This document shows positions 9,209 to 17,821 of a stretch of DNA of 64,000 nt, in pieces. Source of the DNA: Oligoflexales bacterium (GTDB lineage: Bacteria; Bdellovibrionota_B; Oligoflexia; Oligoflexales; JAPPIL01); the NCBI GenBank assembly GCA_965215515.1, contig OZ244057.1:2082472-2146471 (forward strand), read 5' to 3'. The position numbers were made by a program, and so were the translations under genes. The notes below the pieces were generated by a model. It was not told the DNA's origin, did not search any database, and saw nothing but the letters and a program-made list of their open reading frames with translations. Position 1 is the stretch's first letter. Each line of letters opens with the position of its first letter.

Positions 9209-9526
9209 TTTCTCGCTTCGCTTCGCTCCGCCAGGCTTTTTTTTCGCTTTCTCGCTCCGCTTCTCATGTCCGATTGCAAGGAGCGAGCTAGCAAGCGAGC
9301 GTTACTAAAAGCCGCTTTGCTTGCTAGCTCCGCTTCGCTCCGCCAGGCCTGTTTGCCGCTTGCTAGCTCCGCTTCGCTCCGCCAGGCCTGTTTGCCGCTT
9401 GCTAGCTCCGCTTCGCTCCGCCAGGCCTGTTTGCCGCTTGCTAGCTCCGCTTCGCTCCGCCAGGCCTGTTTGCCGCTTGCTAGCTCCGCTTCGCTCCGCC
9501 AGGCCTGTTTGCCGCTTGCTAGCTCC
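9209..9526. repeat. Palindromic repeat element with five identical 39-bp tandem units
   Basis: gctagctccgcttcgctccgccaggcctgtttgccgctt at 9323, 9362, 9401, 9440 and 9479, plus a partial at 9518. A hairpin module lies at about 9279-9330 and a variant unit at about 9209-9262. The array begins immediately after the acrB stop. Confidence 0.97.
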
Positions 9527-12500
9527 TCAGGCAACGCTTGCCCTCCTTCTTCTAAAAATTTTCCAAAAAATACCTGCAATATCATCACTTATCCTAACCA
9601 CTGCAGGCAAGACCAATACGGTCAATAACGCGCCACCGAGAATCCCCCAACCCAATGCCAACGCAATCGGAACGACAAACGGGTCAAGACCCCCAAAACC
9701 ATACGCGGTCGGTAAAATCCCCGCCGATGTCGTGATCGTTGTCAAAAAAATCGGACGTAAACGTCGCTGTGCGGCATCTTTGACAGCAGCCACCTTCTCC
9801 AAACCACGCCGCCGTGCACTATTGATAAAATCAATGAACACAATAGCATTGTTGACCACCACACCAGCTAAGGCAATAATGCCGATCATCGCCAAAAAAC
9901 TCAGCGTCATGCCATGCACATAGAAAGCAAAAACAGTTGCGGCAATACCCAACGGAATGGTAGTTGCGATGATAAACGGCTGGTATAAATTCTTAAACAA
10001 CAATGTTAGAAGGAAGATAATGCCAAACAAGGCAAAAATAAAAGTTACCCGCAACGATGCCATGCTCTCTTTAGTATCGCTATCCTCACCGCCAAAATGA
10101 AAAGTGAGGGAAGGATGCTGTGCTGCCATCGCGGCAACCTTCTCGCGCATAAAACTATTCACTACGGCGGAAGTGGTCACCTTGTTGTCAACTTCCGCGG
10201 TAACCGTCACCTGTCGTTGATTGTCTTCATGCTCATAAACCGATACCCCACTGACAGTATCCCAACTTGCAGTCTTCCGTAACGGAATAAGCTGACCACG
10301 ACGATTAGGAATCTCAATATCAGCTAACGCCCGTGCTCCTTGCTGTGCTTCTTGCTGCAATGTGACACGTAAATCTATTTCTTCATCGAGACCACGAATA
10401 GTCGTTGCCACAATACCTTCAAACGCCGCACGCACCGCCAAGCCAATGTCCTGCAACGACAACAGCGCAGCCGCAGCTGCCTCTTGCTTGACTCGCACAC
10501 GCATCTCCTCTTTGCCAGTTACATGACTGTTCTCGACATCAGTCACACCTTCAACGGCACGCAACTGTTCCTCTAACTGCTGCACCGCAGGCAAAATATT
10601 CACATACTCATCGCCACGCACACCGATACTGACCGCCTTGCCCACAGGCGGCCCGCCCGCCACCTGCCTGAAACTTACCACCTCCAAACCTTCTGGCTGC
10701 ACAACATTACTGCGTACATCCTCAACGATAGTGGCCGTGTCACGTTCACGCGTCAAAGCATCCGTTAAATACACCATAATCTCCGCATACTCAGCCCCAC
10801 GTTTCATCCCACGCGGATTATGCATGCCTTGCCGACCAATAATACTAATAAAATCTTCCATCTCACTATCAGGCAAAGAAGCAATATACTCCTCATAAGG
10901 GCGCACCAAACGCTCGGTCTCGTCTAAGGATACCCCTGTCTCCGCTTGCAGACTTATCGAAAACATATAGACACCCCCAGGCGGAAACAACACAAAACCG
11001 ACCTTCTCCTTCGCCAAATAAACCATGCCGCTGAACAAAACAAGTGCCGCTAGAATCACTAAATAACGCAATTTCAACACACCGTTAAGCACATATAGAT
11101 AAGGTTGCTCTACCAGCGGTCGCCAAATTTTGGTATCGAAAAACGATCTGCCACTGCGCAACTTGCTAGTTCTTACCCAACTAGCAACATGATGAGGCAA
11201 AATGAAAAAACATTCCCATAAACTAACCAATAATGAGATAACTACCGCCACAGGAATAAAGTAAATAAATTTGCCAAAAATTCCCGTCATAAACATCATC
11301 GGGGCGAAAACAATAACCGTCGTCATCACCGACGCAGTCACAGGAGCCCAGATGCGTTGTGTGCCTTTAATGGCAGCCTCTGCAGGGCTGAGCCCGTCTT
11401 CGATAAAACGCTGCGCATTCTCCGTGATAACGATGGCATCATCGACCAACATGCCGACAACAATAATCAAGCCCATCATCGAGACAAGATTTAAACTTAT
11501 ACTGCCAAAATGAAAAATAGCCACCACCGCTAGGAACGCAAACGGAATACCAAACACCGTCACCAAAGCGATGGGCAAAGGTAAGATTAAGGCAAGAATA
11601 ACCAACACTAACATCAAGCCAATAACCATATTATTGGTCAGAACTTGCAAACGTCGCTTAACATAATAAGAAACATCGTTAATAAAACCTACCTCGATAG
11701 CAGGATTGATCTTATGTTTCTGCTCGTCAATCGTTTGCCGCACCTTGTCGACTAGAGTAATCGCATCACGATGCTCCTTGCGCAACACCCTGAGGTTCAA
11801 TGACCGTGAGCTGTTAGTTCTATAGCGATACTTTTCTTTGGCAAAAGTCATAGTCACGGTGCAAACATCTTTTATCCTGATACTGCGACCCAACGAATTG
11901 GCACGGATGACGGTATCTTCAACATCTTCAACACCCTGATACTCGCCGATGGTGCGAATAATTATCTCCTTGCTGCTGTCTGTTGCTGCCGAAGACACCC
12001 CACCAGGGATATTGATGTTGTTTTTTTGAATTGCATTTATCAGCTCTGGCAAAGAGAGGCGAAATTTTTTCAGCTTGTCAACATGTGCCTCTATTCTTAT
12101 CTCCAGGTCGCGCATACCGCTGAAGTTAACTTGCGCTACCTCGCTAATTTTTTCTAACTCCCGCTCCAAAAACTTTGCTGCCTTGCGCAACTCTGTCTCC
12201 GCAACATCACCGCTTAACGTCACATCGATGACGGGACGACGCTTGCTTTCCATCAACGTAACTTTGGGGTCTTCTGCTCCGTCAGGCAAAGTCGTGAGGT
12301 TGCTAACGACATCATCTATGTCTATCTTTGCCTCGTTGGCAGTCGCTTGGTCAGGGTCGAGCTGCAAAGCAATGACACTCTGCCCTTCTACCGAATACGA
12401 GGTCATTTTCTTGATACCATCAACCTCCCGCAGAGCTTGCTCCAGCGGGTTAGTGACCAGCCTTTCCAAAGATTCCGCAGCACCGCCAGGGTAAGCTGTC

Positions 12501-12646
12501 GTCACGGTGATCACATCAAACTGAATGTTGGGGAAAACCTCGCGATTGATGTTGAACAACGACCAACCGCCAGCTAGAAAAACCATCACCGTAACGATGT
12601 TGACAAACGCACCCTGCTTGACAAAATATTCGATCAGCTTGTTCAT
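9527..12646 (-). CDS. RND efflux permease (AcrB/AcrD/AcrF family)
   Basis: GMLVDDAIVITEN, VVVNNAIV and RLRPIFLTT motifs; about 1039 aa from MNKLIEYF; ATGA overlap with the OMF gene. Confidence 0.93.
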   Translation of the reverse strand: MNKLIEYFVKQGAFVNIVTVMVFLAGGWSLFNINREVFPNIQFDVITVTTAYPGGAAESLERLVTNPLEQALREVDGIKKMTSYSVEGQSVIALQLDPDQATANEAKIDIDDVVSNLTTLPDGAEDPKVTLMESKRRPVIDVTLSGDVAETELRKAAKFLERELEKISEVAQVNFSGMRDLEIRIEAHVDKLKKFRLSLPELINAIQKNNINIPGGVSSAATDSSKEIIIRTIGEYQGVEDVEDTVIRANSLGRSIRIKDVCTVTMTFAKEKYRYRTNSSRSLNLRVLRKEHRDAITLVDKVRQTIDEQKHKINPAIEVGFINDVSYYVKRRLQVLTNNMVIGLMLVLVILALILPLPIALVTVFGIPFAFLAVVAIFHFGSISLNLVSMMGLIIVVGMLVDDAIVITENAQRFIEDGLSPAEAAIKGTQRIWAPVTASVMTTVIVFAPMMFMTGIFGKFIYFIPVAVVISLLVSLWECFFILPHHVASWVRTSKLRSGRSFFDTKIWRPLVEQPYLYVLNGVLKLRYLVILAALVLFSGMVYLAKEKVGFVLFPPGGVYMFSISLQAETGVSLDETERLVRPYEEYIASLPDSEMEDFISIIGRQGMHNPRGMKRGAEYAEIMVYLTDALTRERDTATIVEDVRSNVVQPEGLEVVSFRQVAGGPPVGKAVSIGVRGDEYVNILPAVQQLEEQLRAVEGVTDVENSHVTGKEEMRVRVKQEAAAAALLSLQDIGLAVRAAFEGIVATTIRGLDEEIDLRVTLQQEAQQGARALADIEIPNRRGQLIPLRKTASWDTVSGVSVYEHEDNQRQVTVTAEVDNKVTTSAVVNSFMREKVAAMAAQHPSLTFHFGGEDSDTKESMASLRVTFIFALFGIIFLLTLLFKNLYQPFIIATTIPLGIAATVFAFYVHGMTLSFLAMIGIIALAGVVVNNAIVFIDFINSARRRGLEKVAAVKDAAQRRLRPIFLTTITTSAGILPTAYGFGGLDPFVVPIALALGWGILGGALLTVLVLPAVVRISDDIAGIFWKIFRRRRASVA

Positions 12647-14190
12647 TTTTTCATCATGCTCTGCAAATAATCCATTACCCCTCCTGCATTGCGGCGAATT
12701 TTCCACGCGCTGGTAGCCATATCTCGCACTGTCTCTTGCAGTTGTAGTTCAGTTTCAATCACACTTCCGCCCGCTTGAATGACACTTAATACATCAACCT
12801 GCCCTAAATTGAAACGCTCTTCCAGCAAAACAACCCGCCGCTTGCTACTACGCAATACTCGTTGCAAAACCTTGCGCTTTGCTGCCAAACGCTGCAAGCG
12901 CTCACATATCGTCAAAGCCGTAAGGCGCAAGCTATCTTGTGTCTGTTCAATGCTTAATTCAGTCATATGCTGTTGTTGCAAAGTGTTTTTGATGTCTACC
13001 CGTGCAGCATGATTGCCCAGCGTCATGTTAATACCCGCGGTGAGTGCCCAGGTCGGATTTACTGAGAGCAAGCTGCTGTTTACACTTTTGATGAGAGAAG
13101 CATCTGCACCGTTGTTGGCGAGACGCAGCGACACAAAAATATCGGGCAACATTTTGTCTTTGTGCATAAAAAGACGCTGGCGCAAGGCATCTTGGGAAGA
13201 ATATAAAAAATCTAACTGTGTCGAGTGCATGTTGTCGTAGTTATGTATCTGCCAGTCCCTGCACTTTGCCACCGCAAATTCAGTGTCATGTCCTAAAACA
13301 AGCGTGAGTTTTTCCATCTCAACATCGAGATATACACGTGGCAAACGCATCGGGATGACCAGCTGATACCAGATGTCTTTAAGCATTTTCTCCGTATCAC
13401 GCACCCGTTGGCGTGCGGTCGTCACCACATTCCTACTCTGTAACAAATCAGTCGTTTCTGCTGTGCCTAATTCATGCTTGGCATGCGTCACTTTGTACAA
13501 GCGACGCTGCAAGGACAACTGTCGCTGTGCAGCATTGAACTGCTCGTGCAAAAGCCACGCCCGATAATAAATATCAACAATGCCGAGCAGCATCTCTTCC
13601 ATCTTTACCGTCACCTGTTGTTCAGTCGCCTGCGCCTGTGTACGCGCTGCATCTAACTGTGCCGCAAAAGCTTTGCCAAAAAAATTACGCCCCAGACTTT
13701 GCTTGATAGTAACCGCAAGCTGCGACTGGTAATGATCGCTGTCGGGTATTTGCTCGGCACTGAACTCGCTGGCACGGTGTTCGAGCAGCCACTCGGCACT
13801 CAACGCCGTGCCCGTCTTGAACAGTTTGTGGTGAGTAAATTTGAGTTGGTAATGCTGGGTATGGTCGACGCTAAGCGGCCCAGCGGGTGTCTGTGCATTG
13901 CTGTTCAACAACGAGATGTTCGCTCCCACCTGTGCATCGAGCTGTGCCGCGATGCGCTCCCGTGCATTGTCCTTAACCAGCAGCTCGAGTTGCAATTTTT
14001 TGAACTGTGCGGTGTTGAGCACGCCCTTCAAAATCATCGGCAAGGTGAGTTGTAAACCGTCCTTGACAGAGGGAGGGGATGAAGGAACGTCGTGCGCAAA
14101 AATCGCACAACTGTGCACAAGGCAGCAAAATAACGACAGTAGGGTTGTCACGGTACCGAGCATACTATAGTATGGTAGCAGGTATCTCAC
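12643..14190 (-). CDS. TolC-like outer membrane efflux factor
   Basis: Signal peptide, long helical repeats and RFNLGQVDVLSVIQA; translationally coupled to the RND gene. Confidence 0.8.
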   Translation of the reverse strand: MRYLLPYYSMLGTVTTLLSLFCCLVHSCAIFAHDVPSSPPSVKDGLQLTLPMILKGVLNTAQFKKLQLELLVKDNARERIAAQLDAQVGANISLLNSNAQTPAGPLSVDHTQHYQLKFTHHKLFKTGTALSAEWLLEHRASEFSAEQIPDSDHYQSQLAVTIKQSLGRNFFGKAFAAQLDAARTQAQATEQQVTVKMEEMLLGIVDIYYRAWLLHEQFNAAQRQLSLQRRLYKVTHAKHELGTAETTDLLQSRNVVTTARQRVRDTEKMLKDIWYQLVIPMRLPRVYLDVEMEKLTLVLGHDTEFAVAKCRDWQIHNYDNMHSTQLDFLYSSQDALRQRLFMHKDKMLPDIFVSLRLANNGADASLIKSVNSSLLSVNPTWALTAGINMTLGNHAARVDIKNTLQQQHMTELSIEQTQDSLRLTALTICERLQRLAAKRKVLQRVLRSSKRRVVLLEERFNLGQVDVLSVIQAGGSVIETELQLQETVRDMATSAWKIRRNAGGVMDYLQSMMKK

Positions 14191-14227
14191 TCAGATTGAA
14201 CCAAAAATCGCCGTGGGTCAGCGACTA

Positions 14228-15406
14228 ATGACAGCAGCGGCCAGCACTACACCACAGACAGTTCGACCGCGAGTGATTACCAGTCGTTATCTTGATTTTT
14301 GGCTGTTGGGCGGAGCAAGTCTCGTCCTCTGGGCGTTGTTGATGCTACTCACGCCTTTTCGTGAGGACTCCGCTACTGTTAACAATTATCTCAACAGCAT
14401 CTCAGGCTTCTTCGTTACTTGCTTTTTGCTGGTCAACTACCCTCACTTCATGGCCTCGTACAAACTCGCCTACGGGATGGGGATGCGTTTCATTGGACGC
14501 AATTGGTTGCAACTGCTGCTTGTGCCGTTATTGCTGATCAGTTTGATTGTGCATGCTTTTTTCTATGCAGACATGTCTCCGTTTTGGACAGAACTGCTTA
14601 ATGAAGCGCTCCGCATCGTCGGCATTGAGGCTTCGTTTCAAGCTCCGTCCGACAACTACGGCACAGAAAGCATGGCGGTGTTATTGGCACTGATGTATGT
14701 CAGCGTCGGCTGGCACTACAGCAAACAAGCTTATGGTTGTATGATGGTATACAGCCACTACGATGGCTACCGTCTCGATGCTTGGCAACGGCGTTTTGTC
14801 AAATGGAGTCTGTTCAGCGTCTGGTTTGCCAACTACTTTGCCTATAACCGCGGCTACCAGCCTGGGGATCTCTACGGTATCAGCCAGTACCCGCTGGACT
14901 TCACTTCCTATGGCACTTACTTCGGCTATGGGTCATTCGTGGCCAGCCTAGCGGCACTGCTCGGTCTGGTAATTTTTAGGAACTATCGTACCTACAGGCA
15001 GCTACCCACCGCTAACTTTCTCATTCCTTACATCTCGTTGGTTGTCTGGTGGCTGCCACCCTTCAACCAACCCTTCTTCTACATGACAGCTGTGCCCTTT
15101 TTTCATTCATTGCAATATTTACCCTTCGTCTATCGGCTTGAAACACGCCAAACACCCGCTCATTATAGCGCCCTACGACGCAATGTCCACTACGCGGCAA
15201 TCATCGCTGCGTTGGTTGCTACAGGGTGGCTGAGCTTCAACCTCGTGCCCGAACAACTCGACCTCAGCTTTAATACCATCGGATTGATGAATGTTTGGTA
15301 TTTTACCGCTGCCTTTCATATTTTTATCAACATTCATCATTATTTTATCGATAACGTCATTTGGCGTTTTAATAACCCGAACATCAAGAGATACTTATTA
15401 ACTTAA
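14228..15406 (+). CDS. Polytopic membrane protein with conserved His motifs
   Basis: About 9 TM segments; PHFMASY, WHYSKQAYG, FHSLQYL and HHYFIDNVIW. Confidence 0.7.
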   Translation: MTAAASTTPQTVRPRVITSRYLDFWLLGGASLVLWALLMLLTPFREDSATVNNYLNSISGFFVTCFLLVNYPHFMASYKLAYGMGMRFIGRNWLQLLLVPLLLISLIVHAFFYADMSPFWTELLNEALRIVGIEASFQAPSDNYGTESMAVLLALMYVSVGWHYSKQAYGCMMVYSHYDGYRLDAWQRRFVKWSLFSVWFANYFAYNRGYQPGDLYGISQYPLDFTSYGTYFGYGSFVASLAALLGLVIFRNYRTYRQLPTANFLIPYISLVVWWLPPFNQPFFYMTAVPFFHSLQYLPFVYRLETRQTPAHYSALRRNVHYAAIIAALVATGWLSFNLVPEQLDLSFNTIGLMNVWYFTAAFHIFINIHHYFIDNVIWRFNNPNIKRYLLT

Positions 15407-15421
15407 ATCTGTGGAAATTTT

Positions 15422-17821
15422 ATGAATAAAACTCAGCTTAGGTGGTTGTTATTTTTTGTATTTATTGCTGCGGCGGCAGCTTTCTTTGTATTTGATGTGC
15501 AGCAGTTTTTAAGTTTTGCTTATTTGAAGGCACGGCATCTTGAGTTTAGAGAGTATTATGTCCAGCACACGTTGTTAACTGCGTTGTTTTATTTTTGTGT
15601 TTATGTGTTGGTCACGTCTTTGTCGGTGCCTGGGGCGTTGGTGATGACGATTGCGGGCGGGGCGATTTTTGGGGTGGTGTATGGCACGATAATTGTGTCG
15701 TTTGCTTCGACGATAGGGGCAACGCTGGCGTTTTTGGCGGCGCGCTTTATTTTGCGGGATTTTGTGCAGAATAAATTCGCGACGAAGTTGCGGACTATCA
15801 ACGCTGGGATGGAGAAAAACGGTGTATTTTATTTGTTTACTTTGCGTTTAGTGCCTATCTTTCCGTTTTTTATGATTAATATGGTGATGGGCTTGACAAG
15901 AATTAAAACATGGCATTTTTTCTTTGTCAGTCAGGTCGCGATGTTGCTCGGCACGGTGTTGTATGTTAATGCAGGAGCACAGTTGAGCAAGTTGCAGTCG
16001 CCCGCGGATATTTTATCGTGGCAGTTGTTGTTGTCGTTCGCGCTTCTGGGTATTTTTCCTCTGCTCGCGAAAAAAATAGTTGACGTTGTGAAAGCGAGGC
16101 GTGTGTATCGTGGTTTTACGCGCCCGCGTCATTATGATTACAATCTAGTCGTCATTGGGGCGGGAGCGGCAGGCTTGGTCAGTGCTTATATCGGAGCGAC
16201 GGTGAAGGCGAAGACGCTGTTGATTGAGAGGCACAAGATGGGAGGTGATTGTCTCAATACGGGGTGTGTACCGAGCAAGGCACTGCTAAAGTCGGCACAA
16301 ATTGCCGCTTTACAGCACAAGGCACGACGGTATGGGTTTGCTAAAATCGAGTTGTCGTATCTCTTCAGTGAGGTGATGGAGCGGGTGCAGAGGGTGATTG
16401 CGAAGGTTGAGCCGCACGATTCAGTAGCAAGATACAGTGCCCTAGGAGTTGAGTGTCGGCAAGGTGAAGCAAGAATTATCTCGCCGTATGAGGTGCAGGT
16501 AAAGGAGCGAGAAAGCAAAGCTGCTTTTAGTAACGCTCGCTTGCTAGCTCGCTCCTCACACTCAGATGTGGAGAGCGAAGCGGAGCGAGAAAGCGGCAAA
16601 AAAGCCTGGCGGAGCGAAGCGGAGCGAGAAAGCGGCAAAAAAGCCTGGCGGAGCGAAGCGGAGCGAGAAAGCGGCAAAAAAGCCTGGCGGAGCGAAGCGG
16701 AGCGAGAAAGCGGCAAAAAAGCCTGGCGGAGCGAAGCGGAGCGAGTGGTCACGGCGCGCAACATCATTATTGCTAGCGGTGCAACTCCGTTTGTGCCACC
16801 GTTGGCGGGGTTGGAGCAGGTTGACTACTACACTGCCGACACGATTTGGAGTTTGCGTGAGAGACCGTCGTGTATGTTGGTGCTTGGTGGCGGGCCGATC
16901 GGTTGTGAGTTAGCGCAAGCTTTTACGCGGCTCAGCGTAAAGGTGGTGCAATTGGAGCAGGGAACACGGCTGTTGCCGCGTGAAGATGTGGAAGTGTCTG
17001 ATTTTATGATGCAGGTGTTTCGTGACGAAGGTATTGAGGTGCTAACGGAGCATCGGGCGTTAAGTTTTGGCAAAGAGGAGGGCGGGAGTTTTGTTGTTTG
17101 TCGGCATAAGGAGCAGGAGAAAAAGATAAAGTTTGATGTGGTGTTGCTAGCGTTGGGACGCAGAGCGACGGTAACTGGTTTTTGTGGCGAGGCTATGCAG
17201 TTAGATTTAACCGAGCGGGGTACGTTGCAGGTTAATGATTATTTGCAGACCAATTATCCTAACATTTATGCTTGTGGTGATGTTGTTGGGCCGTATCAGT
17301 TCACGCACATGGCTGCGCATCAAGCGTGGTATTGTGCCGTCAATGCTTTGTTCTCGCCTGTGAGTTTCAAAGTCAACTACAGGGTTGTTCCTTGGTGCAC
17401 CTTTACTGATCCAGAGGTGGCACATGTGGGGCTGAGTGTTGCTGAGGCAGAGCGACGTGGTATTGCTTATGAGGTGACGATGTATGGTCTGGATGATCTT
17501 GACCGTGCCATTGCTGATAGCGACGATCGTGGTTTTGTCAAGGTATTGACTGCACCGAAGAGGGACAGGGTGCTCGGTGCAACGATTGTTGGCGCACGTG
17601 CGGGTGAGTTGATTACTGAGTTCGTCAGTGCGATGCAGCATGGCATTGGTCTGAACAAAATCCTCGCCACGATTCATATCTATCCGACCTTTGCCGAAGC
17701 CAACAAGTACGCGGCAGGCAACTGGAAGAAGACGCATGCTTCTGCCCGTGTGCTTGCTTATCTTGAGAAGTTGCATAGCTTGCGGCGGGGGGCAAACGAA
17801 AGGCGAGCACATGGAAGATAA
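15422..17821 (+). CDS. TVP38/VTT-domain + pyridine nucleotide-disulfide oxidoreductase (LpdA/MerA-like) fusion
   Basis: N-terminal LRLVPIFPFFMIN (VTT), GAGAAG, redox CLNTGC, GGGPIG, YACGD and HIYPTFAE. No C-terminal Cys pair, so not MerA. Carries a 78-aa repeat insertion. Confidence 0.9.
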   Translation: MNKTQLRWLLFFVFIAAAAAFFVFDVQQFLSFAYLKARHLEFREYYVQHTLLTALFYFCVYVLVTSLSVPGALVMTIAGGAIFGVVYGTIIVSFASTIGATLAFLAARFILRDFVQNKFATKLRTINAGMEKNGVFYLFTLRLVPIFPFFMINMVMGLTRIKTWHFFFVSQVAMLLGTVLYVNAGAQLSKLQSPADILSWQLLLSFALLGIFPLLAKKIVDVVKARRVYRGFTRPRHYDYNLVVIGAGAAGLVSAYIGATVKAKTLLIERHKMGGDCLNTGCVPSKALLKSAQIAALQHKARRYGFAKIELSYLFSEVMERVQRVIAKVEPHDSVARYSALGVECRQGEARIISPYEVQVKERESKAAFSNARLLARSSHSDVESEAERESGKKAWRSEAERESGKKAWRSEAERESGKKAWRSEAERESGKKAWRSEAERVVTARNIIIASGATPFVPPLAGLEQVDYYTADTIWSLRERPSCMLVLGGGPIGCELAQAFTRLSVKVVQLEQGTRLLPREDVEVSDFMMQVFRDEGIEVLTEHRALSFGKEEGGSFVVCRHKEQEKKIKFDVVLLALGRRATVTGFCGEAMQLDLTERGTLQVNDYLQTNYPNIYACGDVVGPYQFTHMAAHQAWYCAVNALFSPVSFKVNYRVVPWCTFTDPEVAHVGLSVAEAERRGIAYEVTMYGLDDLDRAIADSDDRGFVKVLTAPKRDRVLGATIVGARAGELITEFVSAMQHGIGLNKILATIHIYPTFAEANKYAAGNWKKTHASARVLAYLEKLHSLRRGANERRAHGR
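16504..16745 (+). repeat. In-frame 234-bp palindromic/39-bp-unit insertion bounded by ggagcgag
   Basis: ggagcgag at 16504, 16582, 16621, 16660, 16699 and 16738; four identical units ggagcgagaaagcggcaaaaaagcctggcggagcgaagc (13 aa per unit, SEAERESGKKAWR). Confidence 0.97.
17724..17794 (+). repeat. 71-bp direct repeat, left copy (3' end of oxidoreductase gene)
   Basis: ggaagaagacgcatgcttctgcccgtg...cttgcggcggggggca is repeated at 18772-18844. Confidence 0.95.

Noticed and set aside
9323-9517. 39-bp arrays (also 16582-16737) as CRISPR
   Set aside because: The units are contiguous and identical with no unique spacers, and there are no cas genes in the window.
9160-9923. ORFs 9160-9588, 9170-9628 and 9321-9923
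   Set aside because: Open only because the repeat is stop-poor; they overlap acrB or OMT and have no independent coding signal.
16186-16913. ORFs 16186-16767 (-) and 16566-16913 (+)
   Set aside because: Alternative frames of the stop-free repeat inside the oxidoreductase.
17691-17810. Extended N-terminus of the Rpn ORF from 17691 (and ORF 26406-26627)
   Set aside because: An alternative frame of the oxidoreductase 3' end; the RBS and the family N-terminus point to ATG 17811.
15422-17821. Mercuric reductase (merA) / mercury resistance island
   Set aside because: No C-terminal Cys-Cys pair, no N-terminal HMA domain and no merR/T/P.
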